NCBI GenBank assembly: GCA_963827235.1
Contig: CAWHAE010000012.1
Coordinates: forward strand, 1,216,001-1,280,000
Length of the DNA stretch: 64,000 nucleotides
DNA from: an uncultured bacterium
Lineage (GTDB): Bacteria > Chloroflexota > UBA5177 > JANWHV01
Direction: 5' to 3'
Part shown: piece by piece, positions 9,031 through 18,235 of the stretch
Position numbering within the stretch: the first letter of the stretch is position 1
Layout of the letters: each line of letters begins with the position of its first letter
Made by a program: the position numbers and the translations under genes
Notes under the pieces: generated by a model
Told to the model about the DNA's origin: nothing
Databases searched by the model: none
What the model saw: only the letters and a program-made list of their open reading frames with translations

Positions 9031-9927
9031 ATGGCAGTGATGCAGGCGGCGGGCCGGCCACCCACGGTAATGAAGCAGCACCGGCGGAAGGTCCACAGGT
9101 TCGACGCAGCCGTGTACGTGCTCATCGTGCTGCTCAGCCTCACGACGATGGTCCCTATCGGCTGGATGCTGACCACCGCGCTCAAGAGCAAGGCAGCGCT
9201 GTATGCCTATCCGCCGCAGTTCTTCCCGCACGAGTTTCATTGGGAGAACTTCGTCGACGGTGCGAAGGCCATCGACTTTGGGCGACTCTTCTTCAACTCT
9301 TGCGTGATCACCAGCTTGACGGTGATCGGAGCGGTTTTCAGCTCCAGTCTGGTGGGCTACGGTCTCTCGCGCATTCGCTTTCCCGGCCGCAAGGTGCTGT
9401 TCTATGCCTTCATCGGCAGCATGATGCTGCCGGGAATCGTCAGCCTTTTCCCTCTGTTCTACGTGTACGTGAAAATCGGCTGGTATAACACCTGGCTGCC
9501 GCTCATCGTGCCGGCCTTCTTCGGCAACCCGTTCTTCATATTCCTGGCACGGCAGTACTACATGGGGATTCCGCTTGATTACGACGAAGCCGCCAAGATA
9601 GACGGCGCCAATCACCTGACCATCTTTCTGCGCATCATGATGCCGCTCACGCGCCCGGCGTGGATCACCATGGGTATCCTAGCCTTCCAGGCCTCGTGGA
9701 ACGACTACCTCAATCCGCTGGTGTACCTGTACGACAGCGATAAGTGGCCGCTCTCCGTAGGCATGGCCAGCTTCGCAGGCGGATTTGCCGGCGTCGCGGT
9801 CACGGCCTGGAACCAGTACATGGCGACCAATGTGCTCTACCTGCTGCCGTCGCTGGCCATCTTCTTCGTGGCCCAGAAGTACTTCATGCAGGGGCTGAGC
9901 GCACTTGGAACGTCCAACCTCAAGTGA
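9031..9927 (+). CDS. Carbohydrate ABC transporter permease (MalG-like)
   Basis: EAA motif YDEAAKIDGA, 'WNDYLNPLVYL', 'AQKYFMQG'. Confidence 0.93.
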   Translation: MAVMQAAGRPPTVMKQHRRKVHRFDAAVYVLIVLLSLTTMVPIGWMLTTALKSKAALYAYPPQFFPHEFHWENFVDGAKAIDFGRLFFNSCVITSLTVIGAVFSSSLVGYGLSRIRFPGRKVLFYAFIGSMMLPGIVSLFPLFYVYVKIGWYNTWLPLIVPAFFGNPFFIFLARQYYMGIPLDYDEAAKIDGANHLTIFLRIMMPLTRPAWITMGILAFQASWNDYLNPLVYLYDSDKWPLSVGMASFAGGFAGVAVTAWNQYMATNVLYLLPSLAIFFVAQKYFMQGLSALGTSNLK

Positions 9928-10062
9928 CGCCCGATCGTCTCACGACAAGGCGGCACTGTCGCTAGTAGAGGAGGTGGCCAACGGTGAGCTGAATCGAGCC
10001 CAAGGACACACGTCGAGACTTCGCGCGTTCCTCATCCGTACGGATTCACTAGGAGATAGGTG

Positions 10063-11385
10063 ATGAGCTTGAGTAAGCGGGTTTTATCGCTTGGCGCGTC
10101 GGTCGCGCTAACGGCGATGCTGGTAGCCACGAGCAGTGTCAGCGCCGCGCCCCGTCTGGCTACGGCAAGCCACGATACCGTCACGGTCACCCTGATGACC
10201 TGGGAAACACCGGCGACCAACGCTCTGATCGACAAGGCAATGGCGACATTCATGGCCTCGCACCCCACGATCAAGGTCCAGCGCCTGGCCAGCCCGTCGT
10301 CCAACTACGCCCAGAAGCTCTCCTCCATGATCGTGGCTCATAAGCTGCCCGATCTGTTCTGGGCAGGCAACGACACCGCGCTGCAGTACGGCAAGGAAGG
10401 CATTCTCTACGACTGGACGTCGTATTCGCAGAAGAAGACCGCCGACTTCGACATCAAGAACTTCGCGCCCGCCGCGGTCGCGAACTGGACGTTGGACGGG
10501 CACCTCTATGGCTTGCCGTCTCTCATGAACACCTACGGCGTCTGGTACAACCAGTCGCTGCTCCAGGCGGCAGGGGTGTCCGTGCCGAAGCTGGGCTGGA
10601 CCTTCCAGGAAATGCTGCACGACGCGCAGGTGCTCGCCGCGAAGGAAACCGGCTCCGGACCCCATTTCGGTCTGATCGCGCCGCCCGACAGCCCGTTCGA
10701 CATCGGCGAGTACTCCGTGTCTGCCGGTGGCGCACCGTTCGTGAACGACATCGTCAACCCGACCAGCGTCACGGCGAGCCCGCAGTTCATTCAGGGCACG
10801 ACCCTGCTGGCTCAAGCCGTGCAGAAGGGTTACGTCTCTCCGCCCAGCTATGACTCGAGCAATTCGGCCACCGACTTCGCTGGCGGCAAGGTTCCCATGC
10901 TCTTCGGCGGCCAGTGGCTCGCCGCGGGCTGGCTGCTCAGCCCGCCCAAGTTCAAGTTCGGCTTCACCTCCTATCCCATCGTGACCAAGCGCACCCAGCC
11001 GTACGACGCGGTAGGCATCGTTTCGCCGAAGGGCATCTCCAACCCGGACGCCGTGTGGCAGGTGCTGCAATACCTGGATACGACCGCCTGGGAGACCATC
11101 CTGCCGGCGTCCCCCGTCGCCCCGGCCGCTTACTCGCCTGCCTCCGGGCCGTACTTCAGCAAGCTGAAGGCAGCCGGTCTGACCTCGATCGCCGACGCGG
11201 TCACCTATGAGATGCAGAGCCCGATAAAGGGTGCCATTCGCTTCAACCCCACCTGGGCCTCGCAGGCCAACACCGTGATCACGGCGCAGTGGAACGACAT
11301 CTTGATGGGCAAGACGCCTGTCGCGCAGGGTTGCGCATCCATGGTCAAGGCGATCAATCAGGTGATCTCGTCTCAGAAGCACTAG
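10063..11385 (+). CDS. Extracellular solute-binding protein (CUT1, family 1)
   Basis: Sec-type signal with AxA-like end and no lipobox. 'HPTIKV', 'LPDLF', 'GHLYGLP...VWYN', 'FAGGKVPMLFGGQW'. GGAGA RBS. Confidence 0.9.
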   Translation: MSLSKRVLSLGASVALTAMLVATSSVSAAPRLATASHDTVTVTLMTWETPATNALIDKAMATFMASHPTIKVQRLASPSSNYAQKLSSMIVAHKLPDLFWAGNDTALQYGKEGILYDWTSYSQKKTADFDIKNFAPAAVANWTLDGHLYGLPSLMNTYGVWYNQSLLQAAGVSVPKLGWTFQEMLHDAQVLAAKETGSGPHFGLIAPPDSPFDIGEYSVSAGGAPFVNDIVNPTSVTASPQFIQGTTLLAQAVQKGYVSPPSYDSSNSATDFAGGKVPMLFGGQWLAAGWLLSPPKFKFGFTSYPIVTKRTQPYDAVGIVSPKGISNPDAVWQVLQYLDTTAWETILPASPVAPAAYSPASGPYFSKLKAAGLTSIADAVTYEMQSPIKGAIRFNPTWASQANTVITAQWNDILMGKTPVAQGCASMVKAINQVISSQKH

Positions 11386-11429
11386 ACGGTCACCCATCGC
11401 CTCTCGCGAGGCGATAGTGTGGTCCTGTC

Positions 11430-11463
11430 GGGGGCGTCTCCGGCTCCGGAGACGCCCCCCTTT
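11430..11463 (+). terminator. Strong GC hairpin after the SBP gene (terminator or mRNA stabiliser)
   Basis: GGGGGCGTCTCCGG-CT-CCGGAGACGCCCCC followed by TTT. Confidence 0.6.
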
Positions 11464-11536
11464 CGCCGAGTCGACTCGGTAGCACCGCGCAAGAGCTCAC
11501 GTCCCACGCCCCGGAAAAGGAGGAGATCCCACTACG

Positions 11537-12835
11537 ATGCCACGATACGCGGCTGTCTACGACGTGATCGGCGACATCCAGCGTCGACTGGCCGATTGGC
11601 CCGAGGTAGCCGCGCTGTTCGCGCGGTGCTACCCGAACACGCTGGAGACGACCGTCGACATGTCCGATGATGGCACTGCCTTCGTCGCGACCGGGGATAT
11701 CCCGGCCATGTGGCTTCGCGATTCGTCCGCGCAAGTCGCGCCGTACATGTCGCTGGCCCGCCACGATCCCGACGTCCGCCACCTGATTGGCGGGCTCATT
11801 CGACGCCACGTCACGTGCATCCTCCGAGACCCCTATGCCAACGCCTTCAATCGTGAGCCGACCGGCTCCGGCCACCCCGGGGATCGGCCGCACGCCGGCC
11901 CGTGGGTCTGGGAACGCAAGTTCGAGCTCGATTCGCTCTGCCATACCCTCAAGCTTTGCCACGACTATTGGCGCGTCACGGAAGACGCGTCGATCTTCAC
12001 GGCCGATCTGCACCGGGCACTGACCGTGATCCTCGAGGTGATGCAGGTCGAGCAGCACCACGATCGCGATTCGACCTACCAGTTTGAGCGGCCGGATCCT
12101 TTGCTTCCCACCGACAGCCTGCCGCGAGACGGTCGGGGCACGGAAACGGCGTACACGGGCATGGTCTGGTCCGGATTCCGGCCCAGCGACGATCGCTGCA
12201 CCTATGGCTACCTCATTCCAGCCAACATGTTCGCGGTCGTGTCACTGCGCTGCCTGGCCGAGATGGCACGCGACGCCTATGCCGATACCGGTCTAGCGGC
12301 AGGTGCCGAGCAGCTGCGAAGGCAGATCGATGTCGGCATACAGCACCACGGCATCGTCGAGCACCGGCAGTACGGCCTGATCTACGCCTACGAGACGGAC
12401 GGTTTCGGCAATTACGGTCTCATGGACGACGCCAACGTGCCCAGCCTGCTCTCCATACCGTATCTGGGCTATCGACCGGCCGACGATGCCATCTATCAGA
12501 ACACGCGCCGCTTCATTCTCAGCACGGACAATCCCTATTACTACGTGGGCCGTCACGCTCACGGCATCGGCAGCCCACATACGCCCGCCGGCTATGTCTG
12601 GCCGATCGCGCTGGCCATGCAGGGTCTCACGACCACGGATCCGTCCGAGCGGGAGCAACTGGCGCGCATGCTGGCCGGCACGACCGCCGGCACCAACTTC
12701 ATGCATGAGAGTTTCGACCCGGACGATCCTGCCAGGTTCACCCGATCATGGTTCGCCTGGGCTAACAGTCTCTTTGGTGAGTTCATCTTGAGCCTGGCGC
12801 CGGCAGGAGCGCCGGCTCTGCGGTCCGAAGCCTGA
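11537..12835 (+). CDS. Glycoside hydrolase family 125 (exo-alpha-1,6-mannosidase, DUF1237)
   Basis: Hallmark motifs TGDIPAMWLRDSSAQ, DPYANAFN, VWERKFELDSLC, WSGFRPSDD, MDDANVPSLL, GIGSPHTP, MHESF, FTRSWFAWANSLF. Confidence 0.95.
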   Translation: MPRYAAVYDVIGDIQRRLADWPEVAALFARCYPNTLETTVDMSDDGTAFVATGDIPAMWLRDSSAQVAPYMSLARHDPDVRHLIGGLIRRHVTCILRDPYANAFNREPTGSGHPGDRPHAGPWVWERKFELDSLCHTLKLCHDYWRVTEDASIFTADLHRALTVILEVMQVEQHHDRDSTYQFERPDPLLPTDSLPRDGRGTETAYTGMVWSGFRPSDDRCTYGYLIPANMFAVVSLRCLAEMARDAYADTGLAAGAEQLRRQIDVGIQHHGIVEHRQYGLIYAYETDGFGNYGLMDDANVPSLLSIPYLGYRPADDAIYQNTRRFILSTDNPYYYVGRHAHGIGSPHTPAGYVWPIALAMQGLTTTDPSEREQLARMLAGTTAGTNFMHESFDPDDPARFTRSWFAWANSLFGEFILSLAPAGAPALRSEA

Positions 12836-12862
12836 GTCGAAGTGGGGGATGAGGCAGCGCAG

Positions 12863-15082
12863 ATGATCGTTCACATGATTGGCAACGCGCACATCGATCC
12901 GATCTGGCTATGGCGCTGGGAGGCGGGGGTCGACGAGGCGGTGGCGTCCTTTGCCTCGGCTGCCCAGCGCTGCGACGAATATCCGGAGTTCGTCTACACG
13001 CGAGGCGAAGCCTGGCTGTACCAGCAGGTGGAGCGCGTCGCTCCGGACCTGTTTGCGCGGGTGAGGGAGCTGGTGGCGGCCGGCCGCTGGCACATCACGG
13101 GCGGCCAGTACATTCAGCCCGACGCCAATGCGCCGACCACGGAAGGCTGGCTTCGCCAATATACGCATGCCGGGCGCTACTTCCGGGACCGCTTCGGTGT
13201 GAAGCCCACGATCGGCTACAACGTCGACACCTTCGGCCACGCGGCCACCATTCCCGACATGCTGGCGCCGCTCGGCTACCGCGGCTACGTGTTCTCGCGT
13301 CCGGACAGGCACCAGATCGCGCTGCCGGCGCAGACCTTCCGATGGCGCGGCCCGGGCGGGGCCGAGCTGATTGGCTTCCGCATTGAGCCCGCCTATCTCA
13401 CGCATACGCCCGATCTGTACGACCAGATCATGGCTGCCGTCGAGTCCGCCGATCCCTCGCTCGGCCACACCATGTGTTTCTACGGTGTCGGCAATCATGG
13501 GGGCGGTCCGACCAAGGCCAATATCGAGTACATCCTGGCCCATGCCCGCTCGCTCGAGGGCATCGAGCTGCGCTTCAGCACGCCCGAGGCATTTGTCGAC
13601 GCGGTGTTGCCGCACAGGAATAGCTTGCCCGTGGTCGAGGAAGAGCTGCAGAAGTGCTTCCCCGGTTGCTTCAGCGTGATGCACGACATCAAGCAGCAGC
13701 AGCGGCGCGGCGAGCATCTGCTCGAGCAGGCGGCGCGCGCGGTCGACGTGCTTGCCGGCGACGGCGCGGAGCGAGCGGAGTATCATGCCAGGTTGGACAA
13801 AGCCTGGGAAGATCTGCTCTTCGTCCAGTTCCACGATATCCTGTCCGGCACGGCCGTGCCCTCTGCCTATCCCTCGGTACGCGCCATGCAGGGCCGAGCC
13901 CAGATCACGGCCGAAGAGATCATTACCGAGGTGACCAGGCGTTGGACGCGCACTGCCTTGCCGCGCATCAACCAGCAGCAGATCGTGTTCGTGAACCCGG
14001 ATGCCGATCCCTGGACAGGCATGGTCGAAGTGGAGCCGTTCCTCGACTTCGACCGCTGGGGCGATCGCTGGGTGAGCGACCTCGAGGGCCGGCCGATTCC
14101 GTTCCAGCCCGTGCAGTCCGAGGCTCGCCTGCTGGTCAGTCGCATCCTCTTGCCGGTCCGGGTGGCGGCGGGCGCAGTCCAGCAGCTGCTCGTGCGCGAT
14201 GACGCGCTGCCCAATCCGCCGGAACAGCCGACCGATCTCGAGATCTCCGGCACACATCTCGCCAACGGGCATCTTCGCGTCGAGCTGGACAAGAAGGGGA
14301 TCGGGTCGGTCACGTTCCTGGGCCGGAATGTGCTCGGCGGCGACGGGCTGCGGCTGCACCTGCGCCACGACCACTCGAATACGTGGGGCGCCGGGAGCGA
14401 CAGGTTCGCGGAACCCGTGGATGCCGTGTTCGCGACCGACGGCTGGCTCATCGAGGAGACCGGCCCGCTCCGCGCGCGGGCCTATGCCGAGGGCAGGCTG
14501 GGCAGCTCGCCCGTTCTGTGGCAGGTCACGCTGCACGCGGGCGATCCCCGGCTGTACCTGCACCTGGAAACTACGTTCTGCGAGCACTATCGCCTGCTGC
14601 AGATGCCGATCGATCTGGCTTCCGCGCCGGCGAGCTGGCTGTGCGGGCTGGCAGGAGGGCAGATCACGCGCCTGCCCAGCGCCACGGAATGGCCCCTCCA
14701 GGGCTGGTCGACGGTACGGAGCGCAGGACTGGACGTAGGGCTGGTGACGGCCGACGCCTACAGCGCCAGCCTCGACGACAGGCGCTGGCAGTGGACGTTG
14801 CTGCGCAGTCCCAAGATGGCGTGGGGCGGCGACCGGGACAAGACGTTCTCCGGACGCGACTGGTACTCGGATCAGGGAGATCAGGCGTTCGACTTCGTGC
14901 TCCATTTCGGCGAGTGCCTCGAAGCGCGGGACCTGGAGCGCGCCGCTCGGCAGCAGGTGAGGTGCCCGATAGTATTCGATCGCTATGAAGGCATGAACAG
15001 GCCGGCGTACGGGGATCATCCGCCGCGTCACGTGCTCACAGAAAACGAGCATCGAGTCGCAGACAGGGCATCGAATCGGTGA
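12863..15082 (+). CDS. Glycoside hydrolase family 38 alpha-mannosidase
   Basis: Zn motif GNAHIDPIWLW, nucleophile region YNVDTFGH, 'YGVGNHGGGPT', 'QFHDILSG', 'TLLRSP'. Confidence 0.92.
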   Translation: MIVHMIGNAHIDPIWLWRWEAGVDEAVASFASAAQRCDEYPEFVYTRGEAWLYQQVERVAPDLFARVRELVAAGRWHITGGQYIQPDANAPTTEGWLRQYTHAGRYFRDRFGVKPTIGYNVDTFGHAATIPDMLAPLGYRGYVFSRPDRHQIALPAQTFRWRGPGGAELIGFRIEPAYLTHTPDLYDQIMAAVESADPSLGHTMCFYGVGNHGGGPTKANIEYILAHARSLEGIELRFSTPEAFVDAVLPHRNSLPVVEEELQKCFPGCFSVMHDIKQQQRRGEHLLEQAARAVDVLAGDGAERAEYHARLDKAWEDLLFVQFHDILSGTAVPSAYPSVRAMQGRAQITAEEIITEVTRRWTRTALPRINQQQIVFVNPDADPWTGMVEVEPFLDFDRWGDRWVSDLEGRPIPFQPVQSEARLLVSRILLPVRVAAGAVQQLLVRDDALPNPPEQPTDLEISGTHLANGHLRVELDKKGIGSVTFLGRNVLGGDGLRLHLRHDHSNTWGAGSDRFAEPVDAVFATDGWLIEETGPLRARAYAEGRLGSSPVLWQVTLHAGDPRLYLHLETTFCEHYRLLQMPIDLASAPASWLCGLAGGQITRLPSATEWPLQGWSTVRSAGLDVGLVTADAYSASLDDRRWQWTLLRSPKMAWGGDRDKTFSGRDWYSDQGDQAFDFVLHFGECLEARDLERAARQQVRCPIVFDRYEGMNRPAYGDHPPRHVLTENEHRVADRASNR

Positions 15083-15157
15083 TATTGTCCGCCGCAGGGC
15101 GGTGCACCGCGGTACAGTTGCCTGGGTAGCAAGAGAGTTGGGAAGGGTCCCCAAGGC

Positions 15158-16426
15158 GTGCCGAGGATCGATCGTCACTGGTTGTATCCACGTGCGAGCG
15201 CTGGTGCCGGTGACATCGACGAGGTCACGGAACACAACGTAGGATACCTGTATCGCGAGATTGCCTGGGCAGGTATCTCCAACGGCGTCCTGGGGGGTTT
15301 CCTCTCGATTTTCGCCCTCCGGCTGGGCGCGACGGCGTTTGAGGTGGGGTTGCTCACCACCGGCCCGGCAATCGCGGGCATTCTCGTACCGCTGCCTGCG
15401 TCAAGGCTGTTGCGCCGCATGTGGAGCAAGGCGGTGGTCTTCGCACCGCTGGCCATGTTCCGCATGGTCTTTGCCGTCGTAGCGGCGATTCCTCTGCTAC
15501 CGGGCCCGCTCCGTGTGCCGGTGCTGGTTTCCAGCTACACGCTGCTCGCCGCGCCGTCATGCTTCTTCAACACCGGGTTCGTGCCGCTCCTCGGCAAACT
15601 GCTGTCGAGGGACATACGAGCGCACGTAGTCGGCGTGCGCAACACCGTGGTCGGCCTCACCACCACGATTACGGTCCTCGCCGTAGGCAAGGTCCTGGAC
15701 GCCTTGCCCTTTCCGATCAACTTCCAGATCGTCTTTCTGATCGGGCTGGTCGCCGCCCAGACCAGCACCTTCTTGGTGTCGCACGTGCGCCTGCCCGCTC
15801 TCAACGAGCAGGCGCCGGCGGCACGCAACCCCGGCGAGGGCGAGGGAGCGCGGGCGAACACCCCACACACGAAGATGTTCTGGTGCCACACGATCAGTGC
15901 GGTCGTCTTCTCGCTCGGCATCGCCGTGCCCGCGGCGCTGTACCCGATCGTGCTGGTCGACAAGCTGCACGCCACCAACGGCTGGATCGGCGGACTGGCA
16001 ACTCTGACGAACCTCGCCAGCGTCGTGTGCACGCCTCTGTGGAGCCGGGCCGCCATGCGCCGGGGTAATCGCGTGGTGCTGGTCGCCGGCGCCATCGGCT
16101 TTACCCTGGTACCGCTCGGCGCCAGCCTTGTGCCCAGCGTCGCGGCATACGTACCCGTATCGCTCGGCATGGGCGCGTTCATGGCGGGCATCAATCTCGG
16201 TCTCTTCCAGTGCCTGCTGGACGTGGCACCCGAAAGCCGGCAGACCCACTACACTGCCATGTACTCCATGCTCGTGAATGGCGCCGGGGCGCTGGGCCCC
16301 TTGCTCGGCACTACCGTACTGGTCACCGTGGGAATGACGCAGGCATTCATGGTGGCGGAATTCTGCGTGCTCTTGGGAGGCGTGCTGTTCTGGTTGGTCG
16401 GCGCAGCGCTGTCGCCGCAGCGTTAA
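15158..16426 (+). CDS. MFS transporter
   Basis: About 12 hydrophobic segments in two halves: 'FALRLGATAFEVGLL' and 'LHATNGWIG...WSRAAMRRGNR'. Confidence 0.88.
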   Translation: MPRIDRHWLYPRASAGAGDIDEVTEHNVGYLYREIAWAGISNGVLGGFLSIFALRLGATAFEVGLLTTGPAIAGILVPLPASRLLRRMWSKAVVFAPLAMFRMVFAVVAAIPLLPGPLRVPVLVSSYTLLAAPSCFFNTGFVPLLGKLLSRDIRAHVVGVRNTVVGLTTTITVLAVGKVLDALPFPINFQIVFLIGLVAAQTSTFLVSHVRLPALNEQAPAARNPGEGEGARANTPHTKMFWCHTISAVVFSLGIAVPAALYPIVLVDKLHATNGWIGGLATLTNLASVVCTPLWSRAAMRRGNRVVLVAGAIGFTLVPLGASLVPSVAAYVPVSLGMGAFMAGINLGLFQCLLDVAPESRQTHYTAMYSMLVNGAGALGPLLGTTVLVTVGMTQAFMVAEFCVLLGGVLFWLVGAALSPQR

Positions 16427-16885
16427 TGGCGGACGCCACGATGCCGGCGACCGGCAACACACCCACTATGTTCGGAGAGGAGATCGCACTTGGCCCCCGA
16501 CTGTTTTGCGTCCGAAGTCCGCCCGGGCGCTTCCATGCCATTCGATCTGGAGGGGGCCGCGGTGCGGCTCAGCACGACGGGCCAGCGCGTACCCGGCTGG
16601 GTGATCGAGCAGAACTCGGCCGGCTCCGTGCCGTCCGGCCAGGATGCCGGCCCGGATCCGGAGTCGATCGCGCTCGTGCCCTACGGCTGCGCACGTCTGC
16701 GGATAGCCGAGTTCCCGGTCGCCGAGCGGACGCAAGCCGGCCGCCAGGGCGCCAGCCACGAGGCAGCGGCGGCATCCGGTCCGGACCAATCCGCCAGACA
16801 CCGGGACCCGGGCGAGCCGCCCCCAGCCCTGTCTCGCGGCGACAACCTGGATGCCGGCACGGCAACGCCACGGCGGCGCGTATGA
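16426..16885 (+). pseudogene. Remnant of a GH127-like (DUF1680, beta-L-arabinofuranosidase) gene, C-terminal ~70 aa only
   Basis: Frame 16490 encodes PFDLEGAAVRL..GQRVPGW..EQNSAG..P...ESIALVPYGCARLRIAEFP, a typical C-terminus of GH127-like proteins. The coupled start (TAATG at 16424-16428) is in a different frame. Confidence 0.65.
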
Positions 16886-17029
16886 GCACAGGAGAAACGT
16901 GTCGCGGGCGGGGTGCACGCCCCGGCCGGCAGCTCGGGCAACAGTCAGCACCGCGGACCCGGTATTGTGCACGCCCGTGCACTCGCGGACGTCAATGCCC
17001 TGTATCTTTGTCTTGCATTGGAGGGCGCA

Positions 17030-18070
17030 GTGAAAACACTACTCATCGGTGGCTCGGGCCTGATCAGCACCGAGATCACCCGCCTGTTCGTGAATCGCGG
17101 CGACGAGATCACCCTGTACAACCGCGGCCGGACTCCAGTGAGGGTTGACGGCCCGTTTCACCAGGTGCACGGCGACCGGACCGACTTCCCCCGCTTTGAA
17201 GCGCAGATGAGCGCGCTAGGCCACTTTGACTGCGTGATCGACATGGTCTGCTTTGACCCGGCCGAGGCGGAGAGCACGGTGCGGGCGTTCGGCGGCCGCG
17301 TCGATCAGTTCATCTTCTGCAGCACGGTCACCGTGTACAACAAAGCGGGCGACGGCTATCCGCTCGGCGAGGGAGCGCCTCGCGACCGGCCGGTGGGCGA
17401 CTACGCGCAGAAGAAGACGCTCTGTGAGGACGTGTTCTTCGAAGCGCACCGCCGCGGAGAACTCCCGGTTACCGTTCTGCGCCCCGGCCCGACCTACGGG
17501 GAATCAGGCACCGTGATCCATACCTTCGGCCTGTCGACCACCTACATCGACCGCATCCGCAAGGGCAAGCCGATCATCGTCCATGGCGACGGGAGCGGCC
17601 TTACCGTGGTCTGCCACGCGGCGGACGTCGCGCGGGGGTTTGCCGGCGCCTGCGGTAACCTGCTAACCCTGGGCAAGGCATACAACGTGACGGGGGAGGA
17701 ATGGCTGACCTGGACGCGGTACCACCAGAAGGTGGCCGAGGCCCTCGGCGCTCCCGAGCCGCGCATGGTCCATATCCCTACCGCGGTGCTTGGCGCCCTC
17801 GATCCGCGGCGCGCCTCGTTCATCGTCAACGACTTGCAGTACGTCAACATCTTCGATACCAGCGCGGCCCGCAGGGACCTCGGATTCCGCTATACGATCC
17901 CATTCGTGGAAGGAGCTCGCGCCGTGGTGGCCTGGCTGGACGCGCACGGCAGGGTGCAGAACAGCGACGAAGACACGTTCGACGACCGTCTGATCGCGTC
18001 CTGGGAAACCCTCTGCGCTGAGCTGGGCGCGCGGTTCCGGACGGCACCGATCCCGACAGAAGGCAACTAG
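17030..18070 (+). CDS. NAD-dependent epimerase/dehydratase family protein (atypical SDR)
   Basis: VKTLLIGGSGLIS Rossmann motif, 'YNRG', 'FIFCSTVTVY', YxxxK (YAQKK), 'LRPGPTYG'. GGAGG RBS before GTG. Confidence 0.88.
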   Translation: MKTLLIGGSGLISTEITRLFVNRGDEITLYNRGRTPVRVDGPFHQVHGDRTDFPRFEAQMSALGHFDCVIDMVCFDPAEAESTVRAFGGRVDQFIFCSTVTVYNKAGDGYPLGEGAPRDRPVGDYAQKKTLCEDVFFEAHRRGELPVTVLRPGPTYGESGTVIHTFGLSTTYIDRIRKGKPIIVHGDGSGLTVVCHAADVARGFAGACGNLLTLGKAYNVTGEEWLTWTRYHQKVAEALGAPEPRMVHIPTAVLGALDPRRASFIVNDLQYVNIFDTSAARRDLGFRYTIPFVEGARAVVAWLDAHGRVQNSDEDTFDDRLIASWETLCAELGARFRTAPIPTEGN

Positions 18071-18235
18071 GGGCGATCAGGCCGCGGAGCTCCGAACTCG
18101 CTCGATACGCGCGGGCCGCGGGCTTCGCGGTTGCCTGCCGGGCACACGGCAGCAGGCAACCGACCACGAGCCTACCGGCGCACGATCACGCGATTGCGAC
18201 GAACTACAGTCAGAAAGTAGAAGCAGGAAACAACG

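Noticed and set aside
12908-15235. 775-aa antisense ORF opposite GH38
   Set aside because: Shadow frame typical of high-GC coding DNA, with no motifs.
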